From an uncultured bacterium (GTDB lineage Bacteria > Chloroflexota > UBA5177 > JANWHV01): a stretch of 64,000 bases of DNA. The notes under the pieces were generated by a model. It searched no databases. It saw only the letters and a program-made list of their open reading frames with translations, and was not told the origin of the DNA. Made by a program: the position numbers and the translations under genes. Numbering within the stretch: position 1 is the first letter of the stretch; every line of letters starts with the position of its first letter. Positions 11,169-22,866 of this stretch are shown piece after piece. The stretch covers positions 1 to 64,000 of the forward strand of contig CAVSOU010000011.1 of the NCBI GenBank assembly GCA_963729625.1, given 5' to 3'.

Positions 11169-11282
11169 CCTGCACCGGTCCGTGGCCGCCCGTGAGCGCC
11201 GCCACGACCCATGATCTCGGAGTGCATAATACCCATGTAGCTCGTTCAAAACAGCACCGTGCGCGCATTCCAGGAGGACAAC

Positions 11283-12242
11283 ATGAACCCAACTGAGCGT
11301 ATCGAACGAGTCAAGCAGGCCATGCTCTGCATGCAGCGAGCCGGCTGGGAACAGGGAGTCGCCGCACAGGCCCTCCTGGAGCTGAAGGACGTCGACAGCC
11401 TCGTGCTGCTGGCCAAGGACGCCGTCGTGCGGCAAGCCGAGGACGGCCGGCCTGCTGTGCTGGGCTCCGAGAACAACGTGACGGATCCGGCCGCGAACGG
11501 GGAACCGCTGCTACAGGCCGGGGTTGTCACCGGATCGCCCGTCTTCAAGCAGGCAGCCGACCGCCTGCTCGACTACCTGCTGTACACTGCTCCGCGCACG
11601 GATGACGGCACGCTGTGCCACCTGTGCGACAGTGTCCAGGTGTGGGTGGACTCCATCTATATGGCGCCTCCGTTTCTTGCCGTGGCCGGGCGGCCCGACG
11701 AGGCGGTGAGACAGATCGATGGCTACAGGGGCATGCTGTGGAATCGAGAAGCACGCCTGTTCTCTCATATGTGGGACGCGGGCAAGCGCCAATGGATCAG
11801 GCAGGACTTCTGGGGCGTGGGCAACGGATGGGCAGCCGCGGGTATGACGCGGGTTATTCTCGCCCTCCCGCCCGAGATGCGTGATGCGCGGCAAAAGCTG
11901 ATCGCGTACGTGCGGGAGGTGCTCGACGGTTGCCTGGCGTATCAGCGGTCCGACGGTCTCTTCCACGATGTGGTCGACAGGCCGGATACCTTTGTCGAGA
12001 CGAACGTCGCACAAATGCTCGCGTACAGCATCTATCGTGGCGTGCGTGCCGGCTGGCTGGAAGCCCGGTACCTCGCGGCGGCGGACAGGATGCGGGATGC
12101 CGCGCACGGCAAGGTCGACGCCTACGGGCTTGTGCAGGGCGTGTGTGGGTCGCCGACCTTTACCGGCCCTGGAACGGCAACCGAGGGGCAGGCATTCTTC
12201 CTTCTTATGGAGGCCGCCTATCGCGACCTGAGCCAACGCTAG
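11283..12242 (+). CDS. GH88/GH105-family unsaturated glycuronyl hydrolase
   Basis: WVDSIYMAPPFLA, FWGVGNGW, FVETN. Confidence 0.88.
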   Translation: MNPTERIERVKQAMLCMQRAGWEQGVAAQALLELKDVDSLVLLAKDAVVRQAEDGRPAVLGSENNVTDPAANGEPLLQAGVVTGSPVFKQAADRLLDYLLYTAPRTDDGTLCHLCDSVQVWVDSIYMAPPFLAVAGRPDEAVRQIDGYRGMLWNREARLFSHMWDAGKRQWIRQDFWGVGNGWAAAGMTRVILALPPEMRDARQKLIAYVREVLDGCLAYQRSDGLFHDVVDRPDTFVETNVAQMLAYSIYRGVRAGWLEARYLAAADRMRDAAHGKVDAYGLVQGVCGSPTFTGPGTATEGQAFFLLMEAAYRDLSQR

Positions 12243-12395
12243 CTTCCCGCCCGAAGCAAGCCAGATTCGCTCCCGGATCCTGCTACCCGTCAGGGCTGCG
12301 TCAATGGGGTTCGCCTGTGCCTGCGAAAGGATTACACGCGGCCGTCGTTACTATCTGGGAGAGGGTAAGACGACGGAAAGGGTTGTTCGTCCAAC

Positions 12396-13286
12396 ATGGA
12401 GTCAATGCTCCGGATGTCGCTCGCGGTAGAGCCGGCTGATCCGATCCGGCCCGCCCGCTCGCATGGTGCCGACGAATTGCTGGTCGCTCCGTTCAAGGCT
12501 GGTGACGTACGCGCATTCGACGCGCTCTTCGCCCGCTACGGCCGGCCTGTCTTCGGCTACATCTATCGCAGCGTGGGCGACCCCGCGCTGGCCGAGGAGT
12601 TGACGCAGGATGTCTTCCTCAAGGCCTTCTTGCACCTGCGCCGCACGGCGACGGATACGATCTTCAAGGCCTGGGTCTACCGAATCGCTACCACTACCTG
12701 CATCGACGCGTACCGTGCCGCGGCGCGGCGCCCGGACCCGGTTCGCGACGAGGAGGCCCTGACGTTACTGGCCGATCGCGATACCAGCGATCCCGAGCAG
12801 CGCCAGGTTCAGCGAGAGCAGCGCCGCGCCGTGCGGATCACGCTGAACGCCGTGCCGGACCACTACCGGCAAGCGCTGATCCTCCGGCAATTGCAGGGCC
12901 TGTCGTACGCGGAGATTGGCGAGGCGCTGGGAATCTCTGTCGAAGCTGTTACGCACGAGCTGGGGCCTGACTACCTGGTGATCCGCCAGGGCCTCAACTT
13001 CAGCGGCCGGATCGCCTTAGTCGACATCGCTGCCGTGCACGCCACTGAACGAAAGCCCACGCATTTTCCTCTGCAGCTCTATCGGCATACTCTGTTTGTC
13101 GCCCTGTGGCCGGCCAACATGGTGGCAATACGGCTGTGGCGGCCCCAGAGGTTCCGCCTGTTCCACGCGCTGCCGGTATGGAAAGTGCGTGAGATCGTGA
13201 TCAACGTGGACCGCCGCGACGCGTTCATCGCCGACTTGCGGGCGCGGGTGGCCGCCGTCCAGGTGCCTGAAGCACAGAGCAAGTGA
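12396..13286 (+). pseudogene. ECF sigma factor truncated in region 4 and fused in frame to an unrelated C-terminal segment
   Basis: AEELTQDVFL, WVYRIA and LSYAEIGEALG, then an abrupt switch after EAVT. Confidence 0.7.
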
Positions 13287-13331
13287 TACGAACCATGAGT
13301 ACCCGAACTTGACGCGCTCCGTGCTGCATCG

Positions 13332-13844
13332 CTAGAGCGGCGTTGCCATGATCGGCGTGATTGAGAGCCTGCCGCCGCACGGTGTGGCGCCGTTGGCAGG
13401 CACTACGATAGTGATCGTCTCATCAGGCGGCGTCACGAGGTAGTAACCGACCGGCGGGCAGGTCTCGCTGCCGGTTGGAACGTCCGCATATATGAATGTC
13501 GCATAGGCGGAGGCGCCGGGCTTGACGAGAATCGTCTTCTTCGGCTCGCTCGGAAGCTGGCTGCCGGTTCCCCAGAGCAGGCGCGTGGTCATGTTCTGGC
13601 CGGTCGCGCTGACCAGCTGCATGCCTGGGAAGCCGTAGAACGAGCACACGGCTGAAGCGACCGAGCGGAAACGCAAGGTGATGGCGATATGCCCGGCAGC
13701 CCCGTTGGAACCGCTCACGCTCACGTACAGGCGGCCGCTGTGGCAGCGTGGCGCGGCACTCGCGGCGGCGGTTGGCCCGCGGCTGACGGTAATGGTCGTC
13801 GCGATGAGCGCGACGGCGGCCAGGAAGCGAGTTGCGGTGCTCAT
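13332..13844 (-). CDS. DUF4232-like secreted protein
   Basis: signal peptide; PRC..L, GAAGH, CSFYGFPGMQL, VTPPD. Confidence 0.8.
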   Translation of the reverse strand: MSTATRFLAAVALIATTITVSRGPTAAASAAPRCHSGRLYVSVSGSNGAAGHIAITLRFRSVASAVCSFYGFPGMQLVSATGQNMTTRLLWGTGSQLPSEPKKTILVKPGASAYATFIYADVPTGSETCPPVGYYLVTPPDETITIVVPANGATPCGGRLSITPIMATPL

Positions 13845-14428
13845 GGGTGAGGCCTCCTCTAGGCATTGGCAGCTGACACGCAGGCTGCGCGGCATGGTCA
13901 TACTGCAGTGTGCCATGACCTGGGACCTGTGTGCCACGTGCGTTGTTGGGTTTCGGTGTCACATTGAGCTGGTAGCCTGTCACCCGTTTTCGTTCTCGGC
14001 TGCCTGACACCGCGCTGGGTCGGGCTGCCCGCGCCCCGCCCGGTATCAGGCTGCCCCAACGCCGCCTACAACTGCTCGGCGTGCAAGCCGGCGTGACTTC
14101 CAAGGCAACTGCGCGAGACGACCGGTCGGTGGTTGGCGTCTGCATGGCCAGAAGGCGATAAGGATTGACCGCCTGCCAGCCGTCCGCCTGTCGGATCAAG
14201 CGGCAGCAGGCGTGCTTGCGGGAGATCGCGCCGACTATTCTGAACACACTCGCGTTTCACGAATTCACGGCGGGATTGTGTATTACGTGACGTCCTGCAA
14301 TTATCGAGGTGTGGATCTCGGAACGCAACGTTTCAGCACCCTGACACGGGTCGCCGCGAACCCGTACGTGACGTGCACTCCAGCGGCGCGCGGTGCGAGC
14401 CGCATATGTAGCGCCGACCCCGTCAAGG

Positions 14429-14860
14429 TCACGCCGCAAAGAGCATGTCTCGCCCATAGACCATCTGAATGAGATGCTGTGGCTGATTGCCTACCGGGTG
14501 CAGTTGCATCATCAGGTCGCTGCCCGCCACCGTGGCGCTCGCGACCGTGAACAGAACGTCCCGGTACGGCCTGTCCGTCATGCTGCTGAAGCCGTTCTGC
14601 GCCAGCGAGCGGCGCGGCGCCAGGTCCGCCTTCGCCTCCCTGGCGTTCAGGTAGTGCATAACCAGCAGCCCCACTGGTCGGCCACCCTGGTCCCGGTAGC
14701 CGATGCCAAGCTCCACGTACGGGTGGAGCTCCTTTAGCAGCGTGCCCGTCACCGAGTGCTCGTACCCCTCGGCGAGCAGCTTTGTGCTACTGAGATCCGG
14801 CGCACAGGCTCCAGCGCCAGGCATGATCACGGCTGCAGCCATCGAGCCCAGATGGCTGAT
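14429..14860 (-). pseudogene. C-terminal fragment of a hypothetical protein
   Basis: protein-like composition only in the 3-prime half of ORF 14429-15058; no clear start. Confidence 0.35.
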
Positions 14861-15029
14861 GGTGGCTGGCGTCCAGGGATCCAGGCCGCACGATGTGCCT
14901 GGTGCTTCGGTGCATGCGCACGCCAGTCCACGAGCCGAACGCCGCCCAGACGGTGTCCGCGTGCCTGGACTGCTCGCCCTCCTTCCGTCAGCTCGCGGCA
15001 GCACGCGGGCGGCAACGGCTGCGGTCGAG

Positions 15030-16811
15030 TTACTGGGAACACGTGGGGTTGCACGCACGCACGGTCAGCTTGTACTGTCCATAGGCCACCGCACCGGGGT
15101 GGTTGCGGGCGTAGGTCAGCGTTCTCGCAATCGTCGACACCTTTGCCTGGCGAGACACGGTAATGGGAAACTGCACCGGCTTGTTCGACATGGCCCGACC
15201 GAGCACCGTCAGTGCCGACACGTACGGCAGGTCAAATTTGACGACCTGCGGCACCAGAGTGAGCGGTGTGACCACCACGTAGGTGATATGCGCGACCGCG
15301 CCGTTCGTGGCGTCCGTGCCCTCGCCGGGTGGATTTATGGTGAGTGTCTGCCCGGTGATCTTGCCCTCGACCGGAAGACTGAAGTGGATCGGTGTGTCCG
15401 GCAGTACCGCCTTGTGAAAGAGCAGGGCACCGATTACCAGCTTCGGATAGAGCACACGCAGGGCGTTCTCGCTCACGGTGAAATCAGTGGCATCGCCCTC
15501 GAACTCGCCGGTCAGCTTGACCGGGCCGTGCCCTGTCGCGTCTTTGGAGTAGCGGAGCGTCAGCGTGCCCTGGAGACCCATGTTGTATTTCCACCACGCC
15601 GTGCCCTTGTCGCTTAGGGTGGCTGCCAGGCTTGCGGTGAACGGCCCGACGAATTGCTCGCAGTAGTAGGAGAACAGATCCTGCGAGCTTGCGGCGACCG
15701 CGCCCTTGGCAACCTTCAGGAGCCCATCGAAGAAACCAACCGGAGCATCGGCGGGGTCAATTTTCTCCAGTGCGTCGCGCAGCTTGGGATCGTAGGGCAG
15801 GTGGACGACTTCCTCTTGCCAGTTCAGACACTGGACATTGTCCTCGAGCCCGAGGCCGGTTCCTGCTTTGTATTTGTCTTCGAAGTCGGCCAAGGCATGC
15901 ATGGGGCCTTGGAGCTCCGTGATCAGGTCGACGAGCGCGGTGAGCTCCTTCTCCAGGTGAGCCACGTCGTCGCACCGCACCGTATCGGAGTCGTCTACGT
16001 GCATCTCGTCACGCAGCGTCGACTCCATGGCCTTGGCCTTATCGTTCCAGTCCCCGAGTTGCTTCAGCAGTCCTGCAAACTGCGCCTGGTCGCGAGGAAA
16101 GTCCTTGATCGTGCCGAGCACGTCCTGCAGCGAGTCGGAATACTTCTGGATCTGCTTGAGCGCCGTGGCCATCTGTGGCCGCAAATCGTCGAGCTTGGCA
16201 TGCAGATCCTCGGCAGCGGGCGAATCCGGCAGTGCCTGCAGCAGTCCTTCGACGTGATGCTCGATGTCCACGCCTAGCTTGCCCAGCTCCGGATCGGGAT
16301 CGGGCGGGCCGAAGCCGGGATCCACCTTGAACGTCGTAATACCGACGGCGCTGCCGGCCGGCGACTCGACGCGCACGTGATACGTACCAGCCTGGCCGGT
16401 GAGGTTGAAGCAGACCGTGAAGAACCCGTCGGTTTGACGGATCGGCGCGGATCCCGCCGCGGCGTTGGCTCCACTGGGCAGAGTCACGGTCAGCTTGATC
16501 GGGCGGTTCGCAGCGTCAACCGGTGCATTGCCCGATATGAGCACCATATCGCTTTGGCCGATGCCGGATTCGGGTGTGATTTTCAGCTGAAAACTGGCTG
16601 GAGGCGAAGCAAGGACGGCGCTCGAGGAATATACAGCCTGAATACGATCGACGATGGCAGGCGCAGCTCCGACGGGTGCAGACCGGGCGCCGGTCACGGT
16701 GGCCGCTGCCATGAGGCCCAGCACGATTACGGATCGCCGGATCGACGGCAGCATACCTGCCGGGTGCACAGGTCTCGCTGCCTTGCAGGATCTGTAGCGG
16801 TGCGTGCGCAT
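15030..16811 (-). CDS. large secreted hypothetical protein (Ig-like, helical/coiled-coil and beta-rich regions)
   Basis: purine-rich SD before ATG 16811, hydrophobic signal segment, typical GC3-rich codons. Confidence 0.7.
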   Translation of the reverse strand: MRTHRYRSCKAARPVHPAGMLPSIRRSVIVLGLMAAATVTGARSAPVGAAPAIVDRIQAVYSSSAVLASPPASFQLKITPESGIGQSDMVLISGNAPVDAANRPIKLTVTLPSGANAAAGSAPIRQTDGFFTVCFNLTGQAGTYHVRVESPAGSAVGITTFKVDPGFGPPDPDPELGKLGVDIEHHVEGLLQALPDSPAAEDLHAKLDDLRPQMATALKQIQKYSDSLQDVLGTIKDFPRDQAQFAGLLKQLGDWNDKAKAMESTLRDEMHVDDSDTVRCDDVAHLEKELTALVDLITELQGPMHALADFEDKYKAGTGLGLEDNVQCLNWQEEVVHLPYDPKLRDALEKIDPADAPVGFFDGLLKVAKGAVAASSQDLFSYYCEQFVGPFTASLAATLSDKGTAWWKYNMGLQGTLTLRYSKDATGHGPVKLTGEFEGDATDFTVSENALRVLYPKLVIGALLFHKAVLPDTPIHFSLPVEGKITGQTLTINPPGEGTDATNGAVAHITYVVVTPLTLVPQVVKFDLPYVSALTVLGRAMSNKPVQFPITVSRQAKVSTIARTLTYARNHPGAVAYGQYKLTVRACNPTCSQ

Positions 16812-16891
16812 GTCGTTCCCCCTTCTATCTCGGCCTCTCGTGCCGTGGCGTCCTCTATTGCTCAGTATGCGGCGCCTGCTGGTAGGAAGCC

Positions 16892-17386
16892 ATGAACAGG
16901 AACGGAACACTGGACGAACAGTCAGACGGCACCAATCAATGTGCTCCGCTATCACGTCATCCTCTTGCTTCCGAGGCCAATCGTACCGACATGAAGAAGC
17001 TGGCCGATCTGCTCGACGCGCGCCTGATGCTGGCGCCGGACCTGCCCGCAGACGCGCCGGAAGACGAGCGCCCGTACCTGACGCTGAACCGGGGCTACGA
17101 CTACGACGCCTGGCGGGACACCACCCGCGCCCACGGTTACATGCCGCACATTCCCCGTCGCGCCAGCAAAGACCGTCCCCTGCCGCCGCCAACCGACTCG
17201 CAGCGGCACCCAGCGCGCAGATGGGTCGTGGAGCTCGCACACGCGTGGTTTAATCGCTTCCGCGCTCTTCATATCCGCTGGGCCAAGAAGGCCGAGAACT
17301 ACCTCGCGCTGCTCGACCTGGCCGCCGTTCTCCTCATCGAACGCAAGCTCCGCTATGCCCGCTCATTTCCTGGATAGGCTGTTAGT
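16892..17386 (+). mobile_element. IS5-family transposase remnant with probable right end
   Basis: NRGYD (degenerate DKGYD), RRWVVE..HAWFNRFRAL.IRW.KK.ENY; ends in GGATAGGCTGTTAG; N-terminus missing. Confidence 0.8.
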
Positions 17387-17503
17387 GGGCTGGCTGAGCA
17401 AGCACTCGCCGTGGTCGTGCCGCGGCGCGACCATGTGTCCACAATGTGGCAGGCTTAAGTAGTGCCTGTCACCAGCGCACGGAAGCGAGAGGAGGCAAAG
17501 AGA

Positions 17504-18448
17504 GTGATCGGCGCTACCCCGCCGACTCAGGGTTTGTTTGCGGCTCTGGAGGCCGAGCGTCCTCTCCAGATCGTCGGCGTGATCAACGCCTACGCGGCCT
17601 TGCTCGCCCAGCGCGCCGGCTTCCGCGCGCTCTACCTGTCCGGCGCCGGCGTCGCCAACGCGTCATACGGCCTGCCCGACCTGGGTCTGACTACCCTCGA
17701 CAACGTGCTGGAGGACGTGCGCCGCATTACAGCCGTCACGGATCTGCCGCTCCTGGTCGATGGGGATACCGGCTGGGGCGGGGCGTTCATGATCGCGCGC
17801 ACGGTAAAGGAGCTGGCCAGAGCCGGTGCGGCGGGACTGCATCTTGAAGATCAGGTGCAGGCCAAGCGCTGTGGACACCGGCCGAACAAGTCACTCGTAC
17901 ATACCGGCGAGATGGTCGATCGCATCACTGCCGCGGTTGATGCAAGGTCGGACCCGGCGTTCGTGGTGATGGCGCGTACCGACGCCCTGGCCGGCGAGGG
18001 CCTGGACGCGGCGGTCGAGCGCGCGGTCCGTTACGTGGAGGCGGGGGCTGACGCGATCTTCGCCGAAGCGGTGACCGATCTCGACCACTATCGCCGCTTC
18101 GCCGAGGCAGTGCGTGTACCTGTCCTGGCAAATATCACCGAGTTCGGACGAACTCCCCTGTTCACCCTCGCGGAGCTCCGCGATGCCGGGGTCGGCCTGG
18201 CCCTTTATCCGCTGTCGGCCTTTCGCGCCATGAGCGCCGCCGCTCTCGACGTGTATGTGACACTGCGCCACGATGGCACGCAGCGGGAATCCGTTCCCGC
18301 CATGCAGACGCGAGCCGAGCTCTACGATGTTCTCGGCTATGAAGCATTCGAACGCAAGCTGGATGAGCTCTACGCCCGGGAGGCAACCCGAGCCAATGTG
18401 CCTCTGGAAGACCGTGACGAGCCAGGCGTGGACTCTGAGAAGCAGTGA
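17504..18448 (+). CDS. prpB: 2-methylisocitrate lyase
   Basis: [30 protein letters not shown]. Confidence 0.95.
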   Translation: MIGATPPTQGLFAALEAERPLQIVGVINAYAALLAQRAGFRALYLSGAGVANASYGLPDLGLTTLDNVLEDVRRITAVTDLPLLVDGDTGWGGAFMIARTVKELARAGAAGLHLEDQVQAKRCGHRPNKSLVHTGEMVDRITAAVDARSDPAFVVMARTDALAGEGLDAAVERAVRYVEAGADAIFAEAVTDLDHYRRFAEAVRVPVLANITEFGRTPLFTLAELRDAGVGLALYPLSAFRAMSAAALDVYVTLRHDGTQRESVPAMQTRAELYDVLGYEAFERKLDELYAREATRANVPLEDRDEPGVDSEKQ

Positions 18449-19890
18449 GCGCTCACACCGCCAATCCCAGCCGGCCGCCCGATGACATCTTGCAGGACAT
18501 CGCCCGCTACGTCGCCGCGGGCCGCATCGAAAGCGACGAAGCGTATGCCACGGCCCGCCTCGCGCTGGCGGACGCCTTGGGCTGTGCGATCCTGGCCCTG
18601 CGCTACCCGCACTGCACCAGGCTATTGGGCCCGCTTGTGCCGGGGACGGTCGTGTCGCACGGCGCGCGCGTGCCCGGCACCGCATTTGAGCTCGATCCCG
18701 TACAGGCCGCCTTCAATATCGGGAGCATGGTGCGCTGGCTCGACTATAACGACACGTGGCTCGCCGCCGAATGGGGCCACCCTTCCGACAACCTGGGTGG
18801 TATCCTCGCGACGGCCGACTACGAGAGCCGCCGGCGCCTGGCCGCGGGACATGAGCCGCTCGCGATGCGCGATGTGCTGACGGCGCAGATCAAGGCCTAC
18901 GAGATTCAGGGGATCCTGGCGCTCACTACCAGCCTCAACCGCGTCGGACTGGACCACGTTCTCTTCGTAAAGATCGCCACGGCCGCGGTCGTCACGGGGC
19001 TGCTCGGCGGGACGGAAAACGACGTCATCGCCGCCGTCTCGAACGCCTGGCTCGATGGCGGCACGCTCCGCGCCTACCGCCACGCGCCGAACACGGGGTC
19101 GCGCAAGTCGTGGGCGGCCGGCGACGCGACCAGCCGAGGGGTGCGCCTCGCGCTGCTCGCCATGGCGGGCGAGATGGGCTACCCGGCCGCGCTAACGGCC
19201 GCGATCTGGGGCGTCGACGACGTGATCTTCCGAGGCAAGCCGGTGGTGTTGACCCGCCCCTTGCGGTCGTACGTGATGGAGAACATTTTGTTCAAGGTGT
19301 CGTATCCAGCCGAGTTCCACGCGCAGACGGCCGTCGAGGCCGCGGTCGCGCTGTCGCCGATCGTGCGCCACCGGCTCGACGAGGTGGACCGGATCGTACT
19401 GACGACACAGGAGTCCGCCCTGCGCATCATCGACAAGTCCGGCCCGCTTCACAATCCTGCCGACCGGGATCATTGCCTCCAGTACATGGTGGCGATTTCG
19501 CTGATCGCAGGCAATCTGCGTGCCGATGACTATGAAGACGCTGCTGCCGCCGACCCTCGAATCGACGCGCTGCGTGCCAGGATGGAGGTGGTCGAGGATC
19601 CGCAATTCAGCCGTGACTACCTGGATCCAGACAAGCGGTCCATCGCAAACGCCGTGCGAGTGCGGTTTCGCGACGGCTCGTCGACCGAGAACGTGGTGGT
19701 GGAGTATCCCGTGGGACACCGTCGCCGTCGCGGCGAGGCTATCCCACTGCTCGAAAGGAAACTGATCGACAACCTGAGCACGCTGTTCCCGCCGGACCGT
19801 CGCGACCTTCTCGTGCAGATCTGCCGAGACCAGGAACGGTTGGAGCGTATGCCGGTTCCCGACTTCATGCGCCTGCTCGCGCCCATGTAG
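18445..19890 (+). CDS. prpD: 2-methylcitrate dehydratase
   Basis: [44 protein letters not shown]. Confidence 0.96.
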   Translation: MSAHTANPSRPPDDILQDIARYVAAGRIESDEAYATARLALADALGCAILALRYPHCTRLLGPLVPGTVVSHGARVPGTAFELDPVQAAFNIGSMVRWLDYNDTWLAAEWGHPSDNLGGILATADYESRRRLAAGHEPLAMRDVLTAQIKAYEIQGILALTTSLNRVGLDHVLFVKIATAAVVTGLLGGTENDVIAAVSNAWLDGGTLRAYRHAPNTGSRKSWAAGDATSRGVRLALLAMAGEMGYPAALTAAIWGVDDVIFRGKPVVLTRPLRSYVMENILFKVSYPAEFHAQTAVEAAVALSPIVRHRLDEVDRIVLTTQESALRIIDKSGPLHNPADRDHCLQYMVAISLIAGNLRADDYEDAAAADPRIDALRARMEVVEDPQFSRDYLDPDKRSIANAVRVRFRDGSSTENVVVEYPVGHRRRRGEAIPLLERKLIDNLSTLFPPDRRDLLVQICRDQERLERMPVPDFMRLLAPM

Positions 19891-19966
19891 CTTCGACACA
19901 ATAGGATTGAGCGCATCGCCATCCGCGGGCGATCACTCCGGGGGAAAGGCGGGGAAACGTAAGGTC

Positions 19967-20482
19967 ATGGCACACACTGGTATGCCCGAGCCGGATCGGC
20001 CTTGGATGCCGGGTTATGGCATCTCCGAGGAGCCGGTAGATCCGGCAACCTGCAACTGGAATGCTATTGGCGATAAGCTCGCCCACGCGCGAAACTACTG
20101 GATTTCCAGCATGTGCCCGAACGGCAGACCGCATGCGATGCCCGTTTGGGGACTGTGGCTCGATGGCGCGCTGCACTTTTCTACAAGCCGCGCATCGCGC
20201 AAGGGCCGGAACCTCGCCGGCAATCCCCACGTCGTGGCGCATCTCGAAAGTGGGGACGACCTGGTAGTCGTCGAAGGCGTCGTGGAGGAAGTCGTCGATT
20301 CCTCCGTTCTTCTTCGCTATGCGGATGGCTATGACGCGAAATACCACCTTCAGCCGGATACTGCGAATGCGGACGACGTGACCTACGTGGTGGTGCCGCG
20401 CGTCGCCTTCACCTGGCAGGAGAGCGCGTTCGTGGACAGCGCGGTGCGCTGGAAGTTCGGAGCCGGGGAAGCGCGTGGATAG
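19967..20482 (+). CDS. pyridoxamine 5-phosphate oxidase-like (split-barrel flavin/F420-binding) protein
   Basis: YWISS..PNGRPHAMPVWG, SRKGRNL..NP. Confidence 0.85.
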   Translation: MAHTGMPEPDRPWMPGYGISEEPVDPATCNWNAIGDKLAHARNYWISSMCPNGRPHAMPVWGLWLDGALHFSTSRASRKGRNLAGNPHVVAHLESGDDLVVVEGVVEEVVDSSVLLRYADGYDAKYHLQPDTANADDVTYVVVPRVAFTWQESAFVDSAVRWKFGAGEARG

Positions 20483-20622
20483 CTCGCTTCTTAGCTTGAG
20501 CTTGCTCCGGCGCTGCCGACTGCATGACCACCTGCCCCACGGCGGTTGGCCTTGACCGAGAAGAGATGGCAGGATAAGATACTGTGGAATGACTGGTCTG
20601 ACTAGTTTGAGGATGCAGCGTG

Positions 20623-20877
20623 ATGGCACGGCAATGGCAGGTACAGGAAGCCAAGGCGCGTTTCTCGGAGGTAGTGGAGCGCGCTATGGCCGGCGAGGCT
20701 CAGGTCGTGACGCGGCGTGGCCGGCCGGCCGTAGCCGTGATCCCGTATGAGGAGTACGAACGGTTACACGGAACGACGAGCGCCTGGGACCTTTTCAATG
20801 GCGCGCCGCGTCTGCGCGACGGCGATCTGCTCATCGAGCGCGACATGACGCCGGTACAGCCCGTCGACTTGGGCTGA
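20623..20877 (+). CDS. Phd/YefM antitoxin
   Basis: WQVQEAKARFSEVV, VTRRGRPAVAV. Confidence 0.92.
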   Translation: MARQWQVQEAKARFSEVVERAMAGEAQVVTRRGRPAVAVIPYEEYERLHGTTSAWDLFNGAPRLRDGDLLIERDMTPVQPVDLG

Positions 20878-20880
20878 GCC

Positions 20881-21309
20881 GTGCCGTATCTCCTGGATAC
20901 TGACGTCGTATCCGAGGCCTTACGACCTGCCCCAAATGTGCAGGTTGTCTCGTGGCTGACGGCACAGTCGAGCGCCACGGTATACCTGTCAGTGCTGACG
21001 ATTGGAGAAATCGAGCAGGGCATCGTTCGCTCCTCCCACCCTCGGCGAGCGGAGCGCCTCCGGCACTGGCTGAACGCGGAGCTGGTGCCGAGCTTTGGGG
21101 CGAGAATTCTGCCGGTCGATGCCGATGTGATGCGACGATGGGGCCTGATCACCGGACAGGCCTTGCAACAGGGCCGACCGGTTGGCCTGATGGATTCGCT
21201 GTTGGCGGCGACGGCAATCGCGCATGGTCTGATCCTGGCGACGCGCAACACCAGAGATGTCGCTGCGCTGCCAGTGCAAACCCTCAACCCGTGGGGGCAG
21301 AACCCGTAG
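20881..21309 (+). CDS. vapC: VapC PIN-domain toxin
   Basis: YLLDTDVVSE, D.LLAATA, TRNTRD. Confidence 0.92.
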   Translation: MPYLLDTDVVSEALRPAPNVQVVSWLTAQSSATVYLSVLTIGEIEQGIVRSSHPRRAERLRHWLNAELVPSFGARILPVDADVMRRWGLITGQALQQGRPVGLMDSLLAATAIAHGLILATRNTRDVAALPVQTLNPWGQNP

Positions 21310-21480
21310 CTAGTGCGCTACTCTTGTGTCCAAGTCCGAGCTTGTGCCGGGGCGGCTTCGCGCGTTGCCCTGAATAGACGCTTGCACACATCTTCGCTAT
21401 AAGGCCCGGAGAGAGCGACACTGTCACCAGGCGCAAAGTAGCTCCATAGCCGGGCGCTCAAAGCATGTGGCGGCGAAAGA

Positions 21481-22692
21481 CTACGTTGCCACACGCGACG
21501 CGCGCCGCTTCGGCAGCGATACGCCGTCGATTTCGCCCACCGTGCTTCGCTCAAGCGCGTCCCGTGCCGATGCCAGATCGGGCTGGAAGAACGCCTGGGC
21601 AATCATGGTCGGGACCACGGCTGACAGGATCACCACCGTTATCAGGATCGTGTATTGCGACTGCGTGATCAGCTTGTTTGTCAGACCGAACAGCGCCGAT
21701 ATTGAGCCAAAGGTGAGGCCGGTGCTCATAAGGAGCGTGAGGTAGGCGCTGTGCTGCTGCCGTATCCGGAAGCCGCGGGCCGTCGGCCATACCCCGATTG
21801 CCTTTGCGCCCAGCTTGACGATCAGGAACAGGGCGATCAGGCCCGCTCCGGACACGATCGCCGGCAGGGAAACGTACAGGCCCGCCTTGAGAAAGTAGAA
21901 CGGCGTGAGCAGTGAGAAAGCGATCGAGCGCATGCGCTCGACCAGCACGCGGTCGTGCACGAACACGCCGGCAATCACCAGCCCGACAAGGTAGGCGGGA
22001 AGCACGGCCTCGCTGTTGGCGCCCTGCGCCAGCCAGCCCAGAAACAGCAGAACGACGAAGATGAACTTGACCTCCGGCTCGGAGACGCGGCCTCCCACGG
22101 TCGCGATCACAAAGCGCGTCGCCCGAGGCAGGATGATGAGCGTCACGCATGTTACCACGGCGAAAAGCAAAAGCCAGCCGTTGAAATTGGCGAAGAGCAC
22201 GCCGAGGGCCAGCACGGTACCCAGGTCCGTGACAAAGCACGCGGCGAGGATGAGTTTGCCCAGGTCGGTCCTGTTCAGTCCGGTCTCGACCATCACGGCG
22301 TACACGATAGCCACGGACGTCGTCGACAAAGCAACGCCGGCAATCTCAGACGCGTGCAGATTCCAGCCCACGAGGAATCGGGCCACGAGCAGCGCGCCCA
22401 CGAACGGAAACGAGAACGAGACGATGCCGATCGTCACTGCCGGCTTGACGTGCCGGCGAAGCGCATCGGGATCGATTTCGGCGCCGGCGAGAAACGTCAG
22501 CAGTACGGACCCGAATCCGGCCAGGAAGTCGATGAAGGGCACGGTATGCAGATGGAGGTAGTTGCCCCCTACGACGCCCATGGCGATCTCCACCAGGGCC
22601 ACCGAGATGCCCACGCGAATGGAGATGACGCTCGCCACGAGCGCTAGCGCCAGCCAGGCCGAGGCCACGAAGTAAATGCTATTTGTATCCAC
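21481..22692 (-). CDS. cation:proton antiporter (CPA2-like)
   Basis: about 12 TM helices, LSTTSVA, ACFVTDLG, MSTGLTFG. Confidence 0.9.
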   Translation of the reverse strand: MDTNSIYFVASAWLALALVASVISIRVGISVALVEIAMGVVGGNYLHLHTVPFIDFLAGFGSVLLTFLAGAEIDPDALRRHVKPAVTIGIVSFSFPFVGALLVARFLVGWNLHASEIAGVALSTTSVAIVYAVMVETGLNRTDLGKLILAACFVTDLGTVLALGVLFANFNGWLLLFAVVTCVTLIILPRATRFVIATVGGRVSEPEVKFIFVVLLFLGWLAQGANSEAVLPAYLVGLVIAGVFVHDRVLVERMRSIAFSLLTPFYFLKAGLYVSLPAIVSGAGLIALFLIVKLGAKAIGVWPTARGFRIRQQHSAYLTLLMSTGLTFGSISALFGLTNKLITQSQYTILITVVILSAVVPTMIAQAFFQPDLASARDALERSTVGEIDGVSLPKRRASRVAT

Positions 22693-22768
22693 GAGAGCCC
22701 GCACCTTTCACCGGCGTGACCGTGCGGGCGCTTGCTGCTGTGTCGCGGTAGCTGCTGTCTACCGGCAC

Positions 22769-22808
22769 AAAAATGCTCCCGACCGGCCAATCTCTGACCT
22801 ATCAGGAG
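22769..22808 (-). terminator. putative intrinsic terminator forming the riboswitch expression platform
   Basis: minus strand GCTCCTGAT...GTCGGGAGC followed by ATTTTT; overlaps the aptamer 3-prime end. Confidence 0.6.
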
Positions 22809-22866
22809 CCATCAGCAGAAGTCCTGCGGTTTCAACAACGGCGTTGCGGCGGTCCTCCATCGCCTA
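22803..22866 (-). ncRNA. fluoride riboswitch (crcB motif)
   Basis: minus strand GGCGATGGAG..CGCC...AAACCGC...GCTGATGGCTCCTG matches the consensus; TATCAT -10 box about 7 nt upstream. Confidence 0.88.
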
